Below are positions 44,440-53,552 of a DNA stretch of 61,313 nt, piece by piece (the stretch's first letter is position 1; every line of letters starts with the position of its first letter). The notes beneath the pieces are model-generated. The model did no database searches and had not been told where the DNA came from. It was given only the letters and a program-made list of their open reading frames with translations. This DNA is from a virus (lineage: Duplodnaviria > Caudoviricetes). The stretch covers positions 1-61,313 of the IMG/VR virus record IMGVR_UViG_3300005099_000009, one strand, 5' to 3'. The position numbers were made by a program, and so were the translations under genes.

Positions 44440-46685
44440 GGATAGAGCAGGAGATTAGGCGCAGGGGCATCGAGCTCAAGCTCGACTTGGGCTGCGGCGA
44501 CCGCAAGCCCCCTGGCTACATCGGCATTGACAAGAAACCGGGGCCGGGAGTGGACATCGTTTGGGACTTGGAGCGGGGCATCCCGTTCCCCGACAACAAG
44601 TTCGACGTGGTCAGGGCGTGGCACTTCTTGGAGCACATGCCCGATCCCATCTTCATCATGGACGAGGCCTGGCGCGTGCTCAAGCCGAGCGGCGTCTTGG
44701 AGCTGGAGGTGCCCGCCACGCCGGGCGACGGGGCCTTCGCCAACCCTACCCACAAGTCGTACTGGAACAGGCTCTCGTTTCAGTTTTACAGCGACGACAC
44801 GTTGCGCCAGAGCTGCGGCGTCCGAGCCAAGTTCAGCATCGAGGAGCTGGAGGAGCGGGACGACCCGGAGTGGAGGTGCCGGTACGTCCGCGCCAGGCTT
44901 AGGGCGGTCAAACCCCGCGCCAACGAGGCCATCAGGCCGTTCAGCCGCTTTATCCCACCCAAGCCCGCCATGGCATTTTACACCGAGTTTTTCTCGGCGG
45001 AGGAGGCGTGGGAGAAGTGGGCCAAGGACAGGATCGCCGACGGCATCCAAGTCGAGCCGAAGTTCAACGGCTTCCGCGCCATCGTCGAGAAGGCGGGCAG
45101 CCGGGCCCGCATGTGGATCGAGGACTCGCCCGGCAAGAACATCTTGCCGAAGTTCCCCGATGTCGAGAAGGCCGTCAAGTCCATCGCCGACGACTTCATT
45201 TTGGACTGCGACTTGGGCATTGAGGAGAATGGTCACCGCCTGCCCCGCATAAGGCTGATGACGCTGACCGCCGACAAGCCGGAGCTGGCCCCCGGCCAGC
45301 GCGTGGTGGTGACGGCGTTTGACCTGCCTTACTGGAACGGGCCGCTGGACGAGACGCCGCTGTCCGAACGGCGGGCCAAGCTGGAAAGCTTTTTCGGTAA
45401 GCGCCTGAAGCCATCACCTAACTTCCGGTTGTCGCCCAAGCGCGTCGCGCGCGACAAGGCGAGCTTCTTGGCTGCCAGCAAATGGGCCGCGTCGCAGGAG
45501 ATGAGCGAGGGCATGGTCGCCAAGACGCTGTCGTCGCCGTACGCGCTTAGCGGCGCCACGTCGGAGTGGGCGAAGGTCAAGCACGTGGTCGAGGTCAAGG
45601 CGATCGTCCTCGGCAAGCAGGCCAACAAGAACGGCACGTGGAGCTACCGCTGCGGCCTTCTGTTGGGCGATGCTGATTACGCCAATACTGTCGAGGTAGA
45701 CGGCCAGAAATACGTGGACTTGGGCAAGACGTTTGCTACCAAGATAAAGGCCGACGTGGGCGACATCGTGACGGTCGAGGTGGAGGAGATTATCGAGAAG
45801 GAGAACTCGCTCCACTGGCTGGGCCCCAAGGTGGTGGACGTGGACAAGGCCCGCAGGCAACCGTACTTCGCCAAGCAGGTGATTGACTTGGCGAAGCGGG
45901 GCCGCGTTTACCAGCGGGCAGCCGAGGCCCTGGGCGACGAGGGCGAAACGCGGGGCGAGCGGGCGGCGAAGTGGTGGGCAGAGCACTGGCACGAGGTCTT
46001 CCCGGCGTCGGGGCGCGGGCGCTTCGTCTACCAGCACCACTACAGGCACTTACCCAAGAAGGAGCAGAAGCTGGGCGAGGACGAGCTGCTGGGGCTCCCG
46101 CGCGGCGTCAGCGTCCACGGCGACCTGCGCTTGGAGGGCGACGACGCGCTTTGGGGCGTATCCGTCTTCCTCGGCAAGGCGGAGGATGTGCGCAAGGCGG
46201 GCGGCTGCCGCCTGTGCAGCTTGCCTCCCGACGACAATTTGCAAATCGCGTTCAAGCTGCCGCAGCCCAAGGGCTGGCTCGACGTCGGGAAGCGCAAGCC
46301 GATGATGTGGGACCCCGGCGACGCCGTCGAGGGCAAGTTGGACAAGTTCTTCGCCGTGGACTGGGGCACCTACGACATGGGCGTAGCGCGGGAGCACATG
46401 ATCGAGATATTCCTGCGCGGCAACAAGCTGAAAGGCCGCTACCTGTTGGAGTACGCCCCCATAGGCGGCAGGCGCGTCTGGATCATAGACAGGCCGCGCG
46501 ACCAGACGCCCTACGCCGAGAGCCACAAATTGGAGGACGTGGTGCGCGAGCTCAGACGTAAGGGACAAAAGTGGCTCATTTGGGCCAAGCCGGGCGCGAG
46601 GCCGCGCAAGATTGACGTGACCAAGTTTAAGGCAGAGAGCGTGCGCGAGGTGATTTGGCGGTGGGCCAGCCAAACCTTAAGTTGA
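44424..46685 (+). CDS. SAM methyltransferase - ATP-dependent ligase - LigD-type phosphoesterase fusion
   Basis: LDLGCG/HFLEH; ligase motifs EPKFNGFR, ILDCD, AFDL, EGMVAK, WAKVK plus OB-like region; FVYQHH..HGDLRLE..DWGTY..LRG.KLKGRY. Confidence 0.8.
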   Translation: MSSLSRIEQEIRRRGIELKLDLGCGDRKPPGYIGIDKKPGPGVDIVWDLERGIPFPDNKFDVVRAWHFLEHMPDPIFIMDEAWRVLKPSGVLELEVPATPGDGAFANPTHKSYWNRLSFQFYSDDTLRQSCGVRAKFSIEELEERDDPEWRCRYVRARLRAVKPRANEAIRPFSRFIPPKPAMAFYTEFFSAEEAWEKWAKDRIADGIQVEPKFNGFRAIVEKAGSRARMWIEDSPGKNILPKFPDVEKAVKSIADDFILDCDLGIEENGHRLPRIRLMTLTADKPELAPGQRVVVTAFDLPYWNGPLDETPLSERRAKLESFFGKRLKPSPNFRLSPKRVARDKASFLAASKWAASQEMSEGMVAKTLSSPYALSGATSEWAKVKHVVEVKAIVLGKQANKNGTWSYRCGLLLGDADYANTVEVDGQKYVDLGKTFATKIKADVGDIVTVEVEEIIEKENSLHWLGPKVVDVDKARRQPYFAKQVIDLAKRGRVYQRAAEALGDEGETRGERAAKWWAEHWHEVFPASGRGRFVYQHHYRHLPKKEQKLGEDELLGLPRGVSVHGDLRLEGDDALWGVSVFLGKAEDVRKAGGCRLCSLPPDDNLQIAFKLPQPKGWLDVGKRKPMMWDPGDAVEGKLDKFFAVDWGTYDMGVAREHMIEIFLRGNKLKGRYLLEYAPIGGRRVWIIDRPRDQTPYAESHKLEDVVRELRRKGQKWLIWAKPGARPRKIDVTKFKAESVREVIWRWASQTLS

Positions 46686-46984
46686 GCGATCTTTGGCCTG
46701 AGGAAATTCGCGTTGAGTTAAGTAGGGAGCAGGCGATCGTGATCCGTTCCGACGGACGGGTGAAGCTACCCGAAGGCGTTAGCCCGGAGACGGCGGCGTC
46801 GCTCTTCTGGGAAGCTCTGGCCCGGCAGTTCGGCGGCGCCTACCGCCAATGGTGGCGTTACAAGCCGCTTCTGGACAAGCTCGACGAGGCGGGCTTCGGC
46901 CTGTTCTTGGTGCAGGTGCACGGCAAGCGGCCCGTGGGCGTGACGCCCAAGCTTAAAATCGAGAGGTTGGGAATCTACCGTTAG
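46655..46984 (+). CDS. Hypothetical protein
   Basis: GAGGTG SD. Confidence 0.5.
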   Translation: MAVGQPNLKLSDLWPEEIRVELSREQAIVIRSDGRVKLPEGVSPETAASLFWEALARQFGGAYRQWWRYKPLLDKLDEAGFGLFLVQVHGKRPVGVTPKLKIERLGIYR

Positions 46985-47025
46985 CTCAATTCAGCTAGCA
47001 AATCTTTAGGCCGGGCCCGCCGGAA

Positions 47026-47093
47026 GGAAGGCCGACGGGAAGGCATATCAGGCGAGAGCTGGTTCGCCGTGACGTGCTTTCCCGTCGGCCTTT
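47026..47093 (+). promoter_or_regulatory. Long hairpin in capsid-gene leader
   Basis: GAAGGCCGACGGGAAGGCA / TGCTTTCCCGTCGGCCTTT with inner GGCGA/TCGCC. Confidence 0.6.
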
Positions 47094-47124
47094 CTGCTAG
47101 TACGCCGAAAAGGAGGTGAGAAGC

Positions 47125-49527
47125 GTGGAGGAGAAAGAGCAGCAGAGGGGCAACGCGCTCCTCAACGCCGCCAAGCGGGCGCTCAAGTTGATGGCCGACG
47201 GCCTCGCCGCGCTGGAGGAGGACGCCGACAAGGCCAAGGGCCTCTTCGAGAAGGCGGGCGACGTGCTGGCCGCGGCCTTGGGCTACCCCTCGCCCGAGGC
47301 CCAAGAGGAGATGGCCGAGGCGCTGCGGAAGGCGCTCCAGGGCGTGATGGACGCGCTCAACCGCAAGGACTACGCCAAGGCCAAGGACCTCTTGGAGAAG
47401 CTGTTGGGGCAGTACTACGGCTACTCGTACGGCTATCCCTATGCCAAGCCGAAGGAGGGCGAGGAGGCCGAGGGCGGCGAGAGTGAGCCCGGCAAGGTGA
47501 CCGAGACCGTGCGGGCCTTCGAGGCCATGCGCAAGGAGGGTAAGGTCTGGGAGGTCACCATCATCCGGGCGGGGCTCTCGCTCAACAACAACTACTACCC
47601 GCCCGAGGTGCTGCAGGAGGCCGCGCCGCTTTTCGAGGGGGTCAAGGTCTTCGACAGCCACCTGAACGACGAGGAGTGGCGCGCCCGCCGACAGCGCAAG
47701 GTCAAGGAGGAGTACCTGGGCTGGATTGACCAGGTGCGCTTCGACGAGGCGGCCCAGGCGCTCAGGGGCCTGTTCCACGTGGTTGACCCAATCCTGCGGG
47801 AGAAGATGAAGAGCGTCTGGGAAGCCGGTCGGCGGGACGAGTTCGGCTTCTCCATTGACGCGGGCGTGGACGCCGAGCCGCGTCTGGTGGAGAACCAGCG
47901 CGTCAACTTCATCAAGAAGATTTTGGCCGTCAACAGCGTGGACGTCGTCTTCGACCCCGCGGCTGGCGGCAGGATGGAGCGCATGGTAGAGAACAAGGCA
48001 AAGGAGGTGAAGGAGATGACCAAGGATGAGCTTCTGGAGGCGCTCAAGGAGCTCTCGGACGAGGAGCGGAAAGAGCTTCTGGAGGGCTTGACGCCCGCCG
48101 AGGAGGAGGCCGAGGCCGGGGAGGCCGAGCCGCAGGCGGAGGAGGCGGAGGCCGAGGCCCAAGCCGAGGCGGAGACCCAAGAGGAGGCCGGGGAGGCCGA
48201 GGCGGAAGAGGAGCAGCCCGTGACGGAGGAGCTGGAGCTGCGCCTTTACCGGCTGGAGCTCAAGGAGGAGCTGGCCGAGAGCGGCTTGCCCAAGGCGGCC
48301 CGCGACTTCCTCTGGGAGCAGTTCAGCGGCAGGCCCTGGCCCATGGAGGAGGTGCGCAAGGCCATCGAGGGCCAGCGGCAGGTGCTGTCGAGCGTGACCC
48401 AGGCGGGCCAGGTGAGGGGCATGGGCGGCCTGCGGATCACGGCCAGGCCGGTCATCGAGCTCGACGGCTTCCAGCTCGCCCTGGAGCGGATGCTGGGCGT
48501 GCTGGACGAGGACCAGAGGGGCAAGGCGCCCAAGATCTACAGCCTGCGGGAGTGGTACGTGGCCCTCACCGGCGACGACCAGTTCCTGGGCGTGGTCGCT
48601 CCTGAGCGCGTGACCGAGGCCAACGTGACGACGAGCTCCGTCACCAGCATCGTCAAGAACGTGCTGAACAAGCGCATCCTCAAGCAGTGGGAGACGCTGG
48701 AGAGCAAGCGCTGGTGGGAGCCCATCGTGACCCACTACGACGAGGACACCATCAACGACGTCACGGTCTATCAGACTTACGGCATCGGCGCGCTCGACAC
48801 CGTGAACGAGGGGGCGGCCTATACCGAGGTGAGCTGGGGCGATTACGAGGAGACGGCGAGCTTTTCGAAGAAGGGCAACTACATCGGCATCACGCTGGAG
48901 ACCTTCATGAGGGATAACCTCAACGCCCTGCGGCGCATTCCCGACGCCCTGACCCGCGCCTTCTTGTACACCGTGAGCGACCTGGTGAGCACGGTGTTTA
49001 CCTCGAATAGCGGGGAGGGCGTGACGCTGGGGACCACGAGCCGCCACCTGTGCAACAGCACGGACGGCAACCTCGGCTCCAGCGCGTTGAGCTACGCCGC
49101 CTTCGACGCCGCGCAGACCGCCCTGGCGAAGCTGACCGAGGCCGGCAGCGGCAGGCGGCTGGGCATCTACGCCAAGTACCTGTTGGTGCCCATTGACCTG
49201 CGGTCCACGGCCTACCAGATCAGGGACAGCGAACGCGATCCGGACAACGCCGAGAATGGCGTAAACGTTTGGCGCGGCCAGTTCGAGGTCATCGTCGTCC
49301 CGCAGTGGACGGACACCAACAACTGGTACCTGATCGTTGACCCGAAAGACATGCCCATCATCGGCCTGCACTGGTACCGCGGCCAAAGGACGCCTCAGCT
49401 CTTCCAGGCCGAGAACGAGACCACCGGGGCGCTCTTTACAAATGACGAAATAAGGTACAAGGTACGCTTCTGGGTGGCTCGCTCGGTGGCGGACTACCGG
49501 GGCGTCTACGGCAGCGTGGTGAGCTAA
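47125..49527 (+). CDS. Prohead protease - scaffold - major capsid polyprotein (Mu gpT-like capsid)
   Basis: Protease-like DSH, GFSI, VDVV.DPAAGG; E/A-rich scaffold; KYLLVP.DL and W..T.NWYL capsid motifs; AAGGAGG SD before GTG. Confidence 0.88.
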   Translation: MEEKEQQRGNALLNAAKRALKLMADGLAALEEDADKAKGLFEKAGDVLAAALGYPSPEAQEEMAEALRKALQGVMDALNRKDYAKAKDLLEKLLGQYYGYSYGYPYAKPKEGEEAEGGESEPGKVTETVRAFEAMRKEGKVWEVTIIRAGLSLNNNYYPPEVLQEAAPLFEGVKVFDSHLNDEEWRARRQRKVKEEYLGWIDQVRFDEAAQALRGLFHVVDPILREKMKSVWEAGRRDEFGFSIDAGVDAEPRLVENQRVNFIKKILAVNSVDVVFDPAAGGRMERMVENKAKEVKEMTKDELLEALKELSDEERKELLEGLTPAEEEAEAGEAEPQAEEAEAEAQAEAETQEEAGEAEAEEEQPVTEELELRLYRLELKEELAESGLPKAARDFLWEQFSGRPWPMEEVRKAIEGQRQVLSSVTQAGQVRGMGGLRITARPVIELDGFQLALERMLGVLDEDQRGKAPKIYSLREWYVALTGDDQFLGVVAPERVTEANVTTSSVTSIVKNVLNKRILKQWETLESKRWWEPIVTHYDEDTINDVTVYQTYGIGALDTVNEGAAYTEVSWGDYEETASFSKKGNYIGITLETFMRDNLNALRRIPDALTRAFLYTVSDLVSTVFTSNSGEGVTLGTTSRHLCNSTDGNLGSSALSYAAFDAAQTALAKLTEAGSGRRLGIYAKYLLVPIDLRSTAYQIRDSERDPDNAENGVNVWRGQFEVIVVPQWTDTNNWYLIVDPKDMPIIGLHWYRGQRTPQLFQAENETTGALFTNDEIRYKVRFWVARSVADYRGVYGSVVS

Positions 49528-49537
49528 GAAGACTGAC

Positions 49538-49587
49538 GGCGGAAGGGCTTTGAAGCCTGCCTGATAGGTTTCCGCCTTTCCCTCTTT
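49538..49587 (+). terminator. Putative terminator after capsid gene
   Basis: GGCGGAA/TTCCGCC stem followed by pyrimidine tract. Confidence 0.45.
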
Positions 49588-49611
49588 AAATGATTGAAGG
49601 GAGGTTGCAAT

Positions 49612-50262
49612 ATGGGCACGACTAGGTGGAAGAGCAAGCTCAAGTTCAACGGCAGCGCCTGGTGTCCCGACGACACCTACCTTTACTTCGGCGACGACAA
49701 CGACGTCTCGGTTACTTGGGACGGGACGAACCTCATCGTGGCCGCCGCCGCGGACGACACCCTCATCGAGATCGGCGACGCAGCGGCCACTCAAAAGTCG
49801 TTCGACGTGAAGATTTACGGCGACGGGGCCAACGGCGCCGACTACCTGCATTGGGATGCCTCGGCCAACGAGCTCAAGCTGGTAGGCGACGCGAACATCG
49901 TTCGGGAGGAGTCGGCGAGCCAGGCCGTGTTCCAGAGCCGGGCCACGGTGAGCTACACCGATACGTCGGCCAAGACGCTGTTCACCATCCCGGCGGGGGC
50001 CGACATCATCGGGATAATCGTTGATGTCACCACGGCCTTCAACGACAGCGGCACCGACCTCTTGGACATCGGCACCAGCTCGGACGGCGACTACTTCAAG
50101 AACGACTTGGACGTGAGCTCGGTCGGGCAGACCATGACCGGTTGGAGCCACTTGGGGGACGTGGGCTCTAGCGACATCACGGTGACGGCGACCTATACAG
50201 GCCAGAACGGCGACGCCAGCGCGGGCCAAGCGACCGTCATCTTCCTGTGGACGGTGAGCTAG
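49612..50262 (+). CDS. Putative head decoration/structural protein
   Basis: GGGAGG SD; D/G/T-rich; follows capsid. Confidence 0.6.
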   Translation: MGTTRWKSKLKFNGSAWCPDDTYLYFGDDNDVSVTWDGTNLIVAAAADDTLIEIGDAAATQKSFDVKIYGDGANGADYLHWDASANELKLVGDANIVREESASQAVFQSRATVSYTDTSAKTLFTIPAGADIIGIIVDVTTAFNDSGTDLLDIGTSSDGDYFKNDLDVSSVGQTMTGWSHLGDVGSSDITVTATYTGQNGDASAGQATVIFLWTVS

Positions 50263-50263
50263 C

Positions 50264-50485
50264 ATGGCTGACTTGGAGCGCAGGCTGGCCGAGGTGCGAG
50301 CCGCGCTTCTCCGGGCGCGGGCCAAGCTCCAGCGCTTGGAGGAGCTGCGCGACCAGGCCGAGTACGAGGTGGGCTACTTGGAGGGCCAAGTAGCGCTTCT
50401 GGAAGAACTGACTCAAGAGGAGGAAAGCGATGCAGGAGAAGGCAGTGATCTACACTTTCCACGCGCCGGGGACGATGAGCGCTGA
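50264..50485 (+). CDS. Small coiled-coil protein
   Basis: Heptad pattern; tiling. Confidence 0.5.
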   Translation: MADLERRLAEVRAALLRARAKLQRLEELRDQAEYEVGYLEGQVALLEELTQEEESDAGEGSDLHFPRAGDDER

Positions 50486-50786
50486 CCTCGACATCCGCTT
50501 CAAGCTCCCCTTCGGCGCGACCCTGATCCACGTAAGCGCGGTAGGCAGCAACAGCAACGACGCCACCATTAAGGTCGGCACAAGCTCGGATGACGACGCC
50601 GCCATGACGGCTAAGTCGTTCGGCGACAGCGGTACGCCCGCCGAGTATGACGAGGACGACTTCGTCGGCTCCGAGTTTTACCACTTCGACGACGGCGACA
50701 CCGTGGTCGTCACGATAGACTACGACGGCAATAGTGGCACGGCGGTGGACGACCCCACCGTGGTTCTCACTTTCCTGACCGGCTAG
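50430..50786 (+). CDS. Putative structural protein
   Basis: GAGGAGG SD. Confidence 0.6.
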   Translation: MQEKAVIYTFHAPGTMSADLDIRFKLPFGATLIHVSAVGSNSNDATIKVGTSSDDDAAMTAKSFGDSGTPAEYDEDDFVGSEFYHFDDGDTVVVTIDYDGNSGTAVDDPTVVLTFLTG

Positions 50787-50872
50787 TCCGGCTGCGCGAG
50801 GCGCGTATAGCGGCGCAGTCTCGACGGGCGAACCGCGCCTCATAGCCCGTCACTCGCAGCTGGGAGGTTGCC

Positions 50873-51253
50873 ATGGACCTGGTGAAGCTCGCCGTCGCCA
50901 CTACGGGGTCGGACGGGTCGGCCACGGGCAGCGCCACCTCGGTGATGGTATCGGGCGTGATTTATGCTATCTACTTGGACTACCACGCCTCTGCTCCGGC
51001 CACCACGGACGTGACGCTGCGCATGGCGGGGACGCCTTATGAGAGCATCCTCAGCATCTCGAACAGCAACTCGGACGGCTGGTACTACCCACGCCGGCAG
51101 GTCTGCGGCGCGGACGGGACGGGCCTGACCTACGACGGCACCCACGCCGTGGCCGAGCCCTTCGTGGTGCACGACCGGCTGACGCTCAGCGTGGCGGGAT
51201 GCAACGCCCTCAGCCCGGCGGTGACGGCCTACATTTACGTCAAGAGGTGCTAA
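50873..51253 (+). CDS. Putative structural protein
   Basis: GGGAGG SD. Confidence 0.6.
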   Translation: MDLVKLAVATTGSDGSATGSATSVMVSGVIYAIYLDYHASAPATTDVTLRMAGTPYESILSISNSNSDGWYYPRRQVCGADGTGLTYDGTHAVAEPFVVHDRLTLSVAGCNALSPAVTAYIYVKRC

Positions 51254-51964
51254 ATGTCCATCGCCTTGACGACCTTCCGGGCCACGGTCGCCAACCTGAT
51301 ACAGGACTCGGAGGGCATACTCTCCAACGACCAGATCGACGAGCAAATCAAGAACGCCCTCGCCAAGTACAGCCGCGAGAAGCCGGACGAGGTGGTGGCC
51401 GAGTTCTCCGGCGACGGCGGCAAGTACTACTCCGTCGCCAGCAAGCTGAGCCGCTGGGAGGACGGCTTCTCCGTCGTCCTAAGGGTGGAGTATCCCGCGG
51501 CGGACGTCTCCGGCGACGAGGAGCCGCAGATGCTCGAGGACAACGAGTGGACGGTCTTCGAGGACGCCAATGGCAAGTGGCTCTACTTCCCCAACTACTC
51601 TCCTAAATCTACGGAGAACGTCCGAGTGTGGTACACCGCGCCCTACCAGTTCAGCGGCTCGCCGGAGGCTGTGGACGTGCCCTCCGAGGACTTCTACGCC
51701 ATCTGCGAGCTGGCGGCCTCGCTCTGCTGCTGGCTCTTGGCCTCCTACTGCGTGCAGAAGAAGTTCGACTTCGAGGCCGACGGCCAGCGGGTCAAGCGCG
51801 GCGAGATGGCGAAGATGTACCGCGACCTGGCCCAGCGCTACGAGGCCAGCTACCGCAAGCACCTCAAGCTGCAGGAGGGCTTGAGCCCCGGCGCGGCCAC
51901 CGCCGACTGGGACGTGACGCCGCGCGGCTTGGAGTACCTGTTTCACCCGTCCTGGAGGAGGTAA
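51254..51964 (+). CDS. Putative head-tail adaptor
   Basis: Synteny; precedes head-closure gene. Confidence 0.55.
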   Translation: MSIALTTFRATVANLIQDSEGILSNDQIDEQIKNALAKYSREKPDEVVAEFSGDGGKYYSVASKLSRWEDGFSVVLRVEYPAADVSGDEEPQMLEDNEWTVFEDANGKWLYFPNYSPKSTENVRVWYTAPYQFSGSPEAVDVPSEDFYAICELAASLCCWLLASYCVQKKFDFEADGQRVKRGEMAKMYRDLAQRYEASYRKHLKLQEGLSPGAATADWDVTPRGLEYLFHPSWRR

Positions 51965-52329
51965 TGGCGCTGACCGCTTCGGAGCTGTCGAGCATGAGGG
52001 AGGCGGTCGAGGACCTGCTTCCCGACACCTGCGTCATACAGAGCCGATCTTGGCAAAGCGACGGGATGGGGGGCGGCTCTTACATTTGGACGGACGCCTA
52101 CACCGACGTGCCCTGCCGCTTGGCCCCGCGCCGCTTTCGGGAGAGGGAGGCGGTCGTGGGCGACAAGCTCAGTGTGCACAGCTTCTGGGTGCTGACGCTC
52201 CCCCACGACCAGGAGATTGACGAGACGATGCGGGTTGTCGTGGGCGGCGAGACCTACGAAGTGGTCAGCGTCAACCGGGCCCAGAGCGAGCGCGTGGCGG
52301 TGAGGGCCGACTTGGTGAAGGTCAGTTAA
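51964..52329 (+). CDS. Head-closure protein (SPP1 gp16-like)
   Basis: DGMGG...W......PCR, R.VVGG.TYEV.SV. Confidence 0.75.
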   Translation: MALTASELSSMREAVEDLLPDTCVIQSRSWQSDGMGGGSYIWTDAYTDVPCRLAPRRFREREAVVGDKLSVHSFWVLTLPHDQEIDETMRVVVGGETYEVVSVNRAQSERVAVRADLVKVS

Positions 52330-52385
52330 TCTGTGCGGAGATTGTTACTTAATTGGCAACTTTCTGCAACGAAAGTAGGAGCGAG

Positions 52386-53552
52386 ATGTCCTTAAGGCTG
52401 CTCTTCATGGCGAATTCGCCGTGGTGCCCCACGGGCTACGGCGTGCAGGGCAAGCACATCGTGCGGGGCTTCCGCAAGCTGGGGCACGAGGTGGCCTACT
52501 TCAGCTTCTACGGCCTCCAGGGGGCGAAGCTGGAGGTCAACGGCCTCACGATGTATCCCTTGGCCTACTCCCAGTGGGGCGACGACGTCGTGCGGGCCCA
52601 CATGGACGACTTCCGGGCCGACGCGCTCATCACCCTGCTCGACATCTGGGTGCTGCCGGAGCGGTTCTTCGAGCAGGCCCGGCCGCTCTGCCCCTGGTTC
52701 CCCGTAGACCAGTATCCTGCCCCGCCGCTTATAGTGCGGAACGCCAAGCGCTGCTACCGGCCCATCGTCTACAGCCGCTTTGCCCGGAGGGCCATGGCCG
52801 AGCAGGGCGTGGAGTGCGCCTACATCCCGCACGGCGTGGACACGAAGGTCTTTAGCCCCGGCGACAAGCTGGAGGCCCGCAAGAGATTGGGCCTGCCGGA
52901 GGACGCCTTCGTCATCGCCATGGTGGCGGCCAACAAGGGCTACCCCAGCCGGAAGGCCTTGCCGGAGGCGCTGCTCGCCTTCCGGCGCTTCCGCGAGAGG
53001 CACAAGGACGCGGTGATTTACCTCCACACCCTGGCGGGCGACCAGATGGGCGGCGTGGACTTGGTGGCCGTCGCCGAAAGTCTAGGGCTCCCGCCCAGCG
53101 CGGTGCGCTTCGTCGACCAGTACCGCTACACGTGCGGCCTGCCCGCGAGCTACGTGGCGGACGTGTACCGGGCGGCCAACTTGCTCCACGCGGCCAGCTA
53201 CGGCGAGGGCTTCGGCCTACCCCTAATCGAGGCTCAGGCTTGCGGGACGCGGGTGGTGACGGCCGCTTGGAGCTCCATGCCGGAGCTCACCTTCGACGGG
53301 ATAGCCACCGAGCCCGCCCAGCGCTTCTGGACGCCGCTCAACTCGTGGGCGGCCGTGCCCTCGGTGGACGCCATCGTGGAGGCGTGGGAGGCGATCTACC
53401 GGGGCGGGCTGGGCGACCCTTGGGCGCCCAGCGAGAGGGCCGTGCGGGCGGCCCAAGCTTATGACTGGGACAGGGTGATGGACGAGTACTGGCGTCCCTT
53501 CTTGGACGACTTGGAAAAGAGGCTGATCGCCGATGGACTTAAGCGGAGCTGA
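52386..53552 (+). CDS. GT-B (GT4-like) glycosyltransferase
   Basis: PTGYG.Q, IPHGVD, RK, GEGFGLPLIEA (EX7E). Confidence 0.92.
   Translation: MSLRLLFMANSPWCPTGYGVQGKHIVRGFRKLGHEVAYFSFYGLQGAKLEVNGLTMYPLAYSQWGDDVVRAHMDDFRADALITLLDIWVLPERFFEQARPLCPWFPVDQYPAPPLIVRNAKRCYRPIVYSRFARRAMAEQGVECAYIPHGVDTKVFSPGDKLEARKRLGLPEDAFVIAMVAANKGYPSRKALPEALLAFRRFRERHKDAVIYLHTLAGDQMGGVDLVAVAESLGLPPSAVRFVDQYRYTCGLPASYVADVYRAANLLHAASYGEGFGLPLIEAQACGTRVVTAAWSSMPELTFDGIATEPAQRFWTPLNSWAAVPSVDAIVEAWEAIYRGGLGDPWAPSERAVRAAQAYDWDRVMDEYWRPFLDDLEKRLIADGLKRS

Noticed and set aside
46981-50325. 1114-aa minus-strand ORF (also 41188-43131, 10022-11239, 28446-29555 and similar)
   Set aside because: Antisense shadows of high-GC3 genes with clear motifs on the plus strand; no motifs or SD of their own
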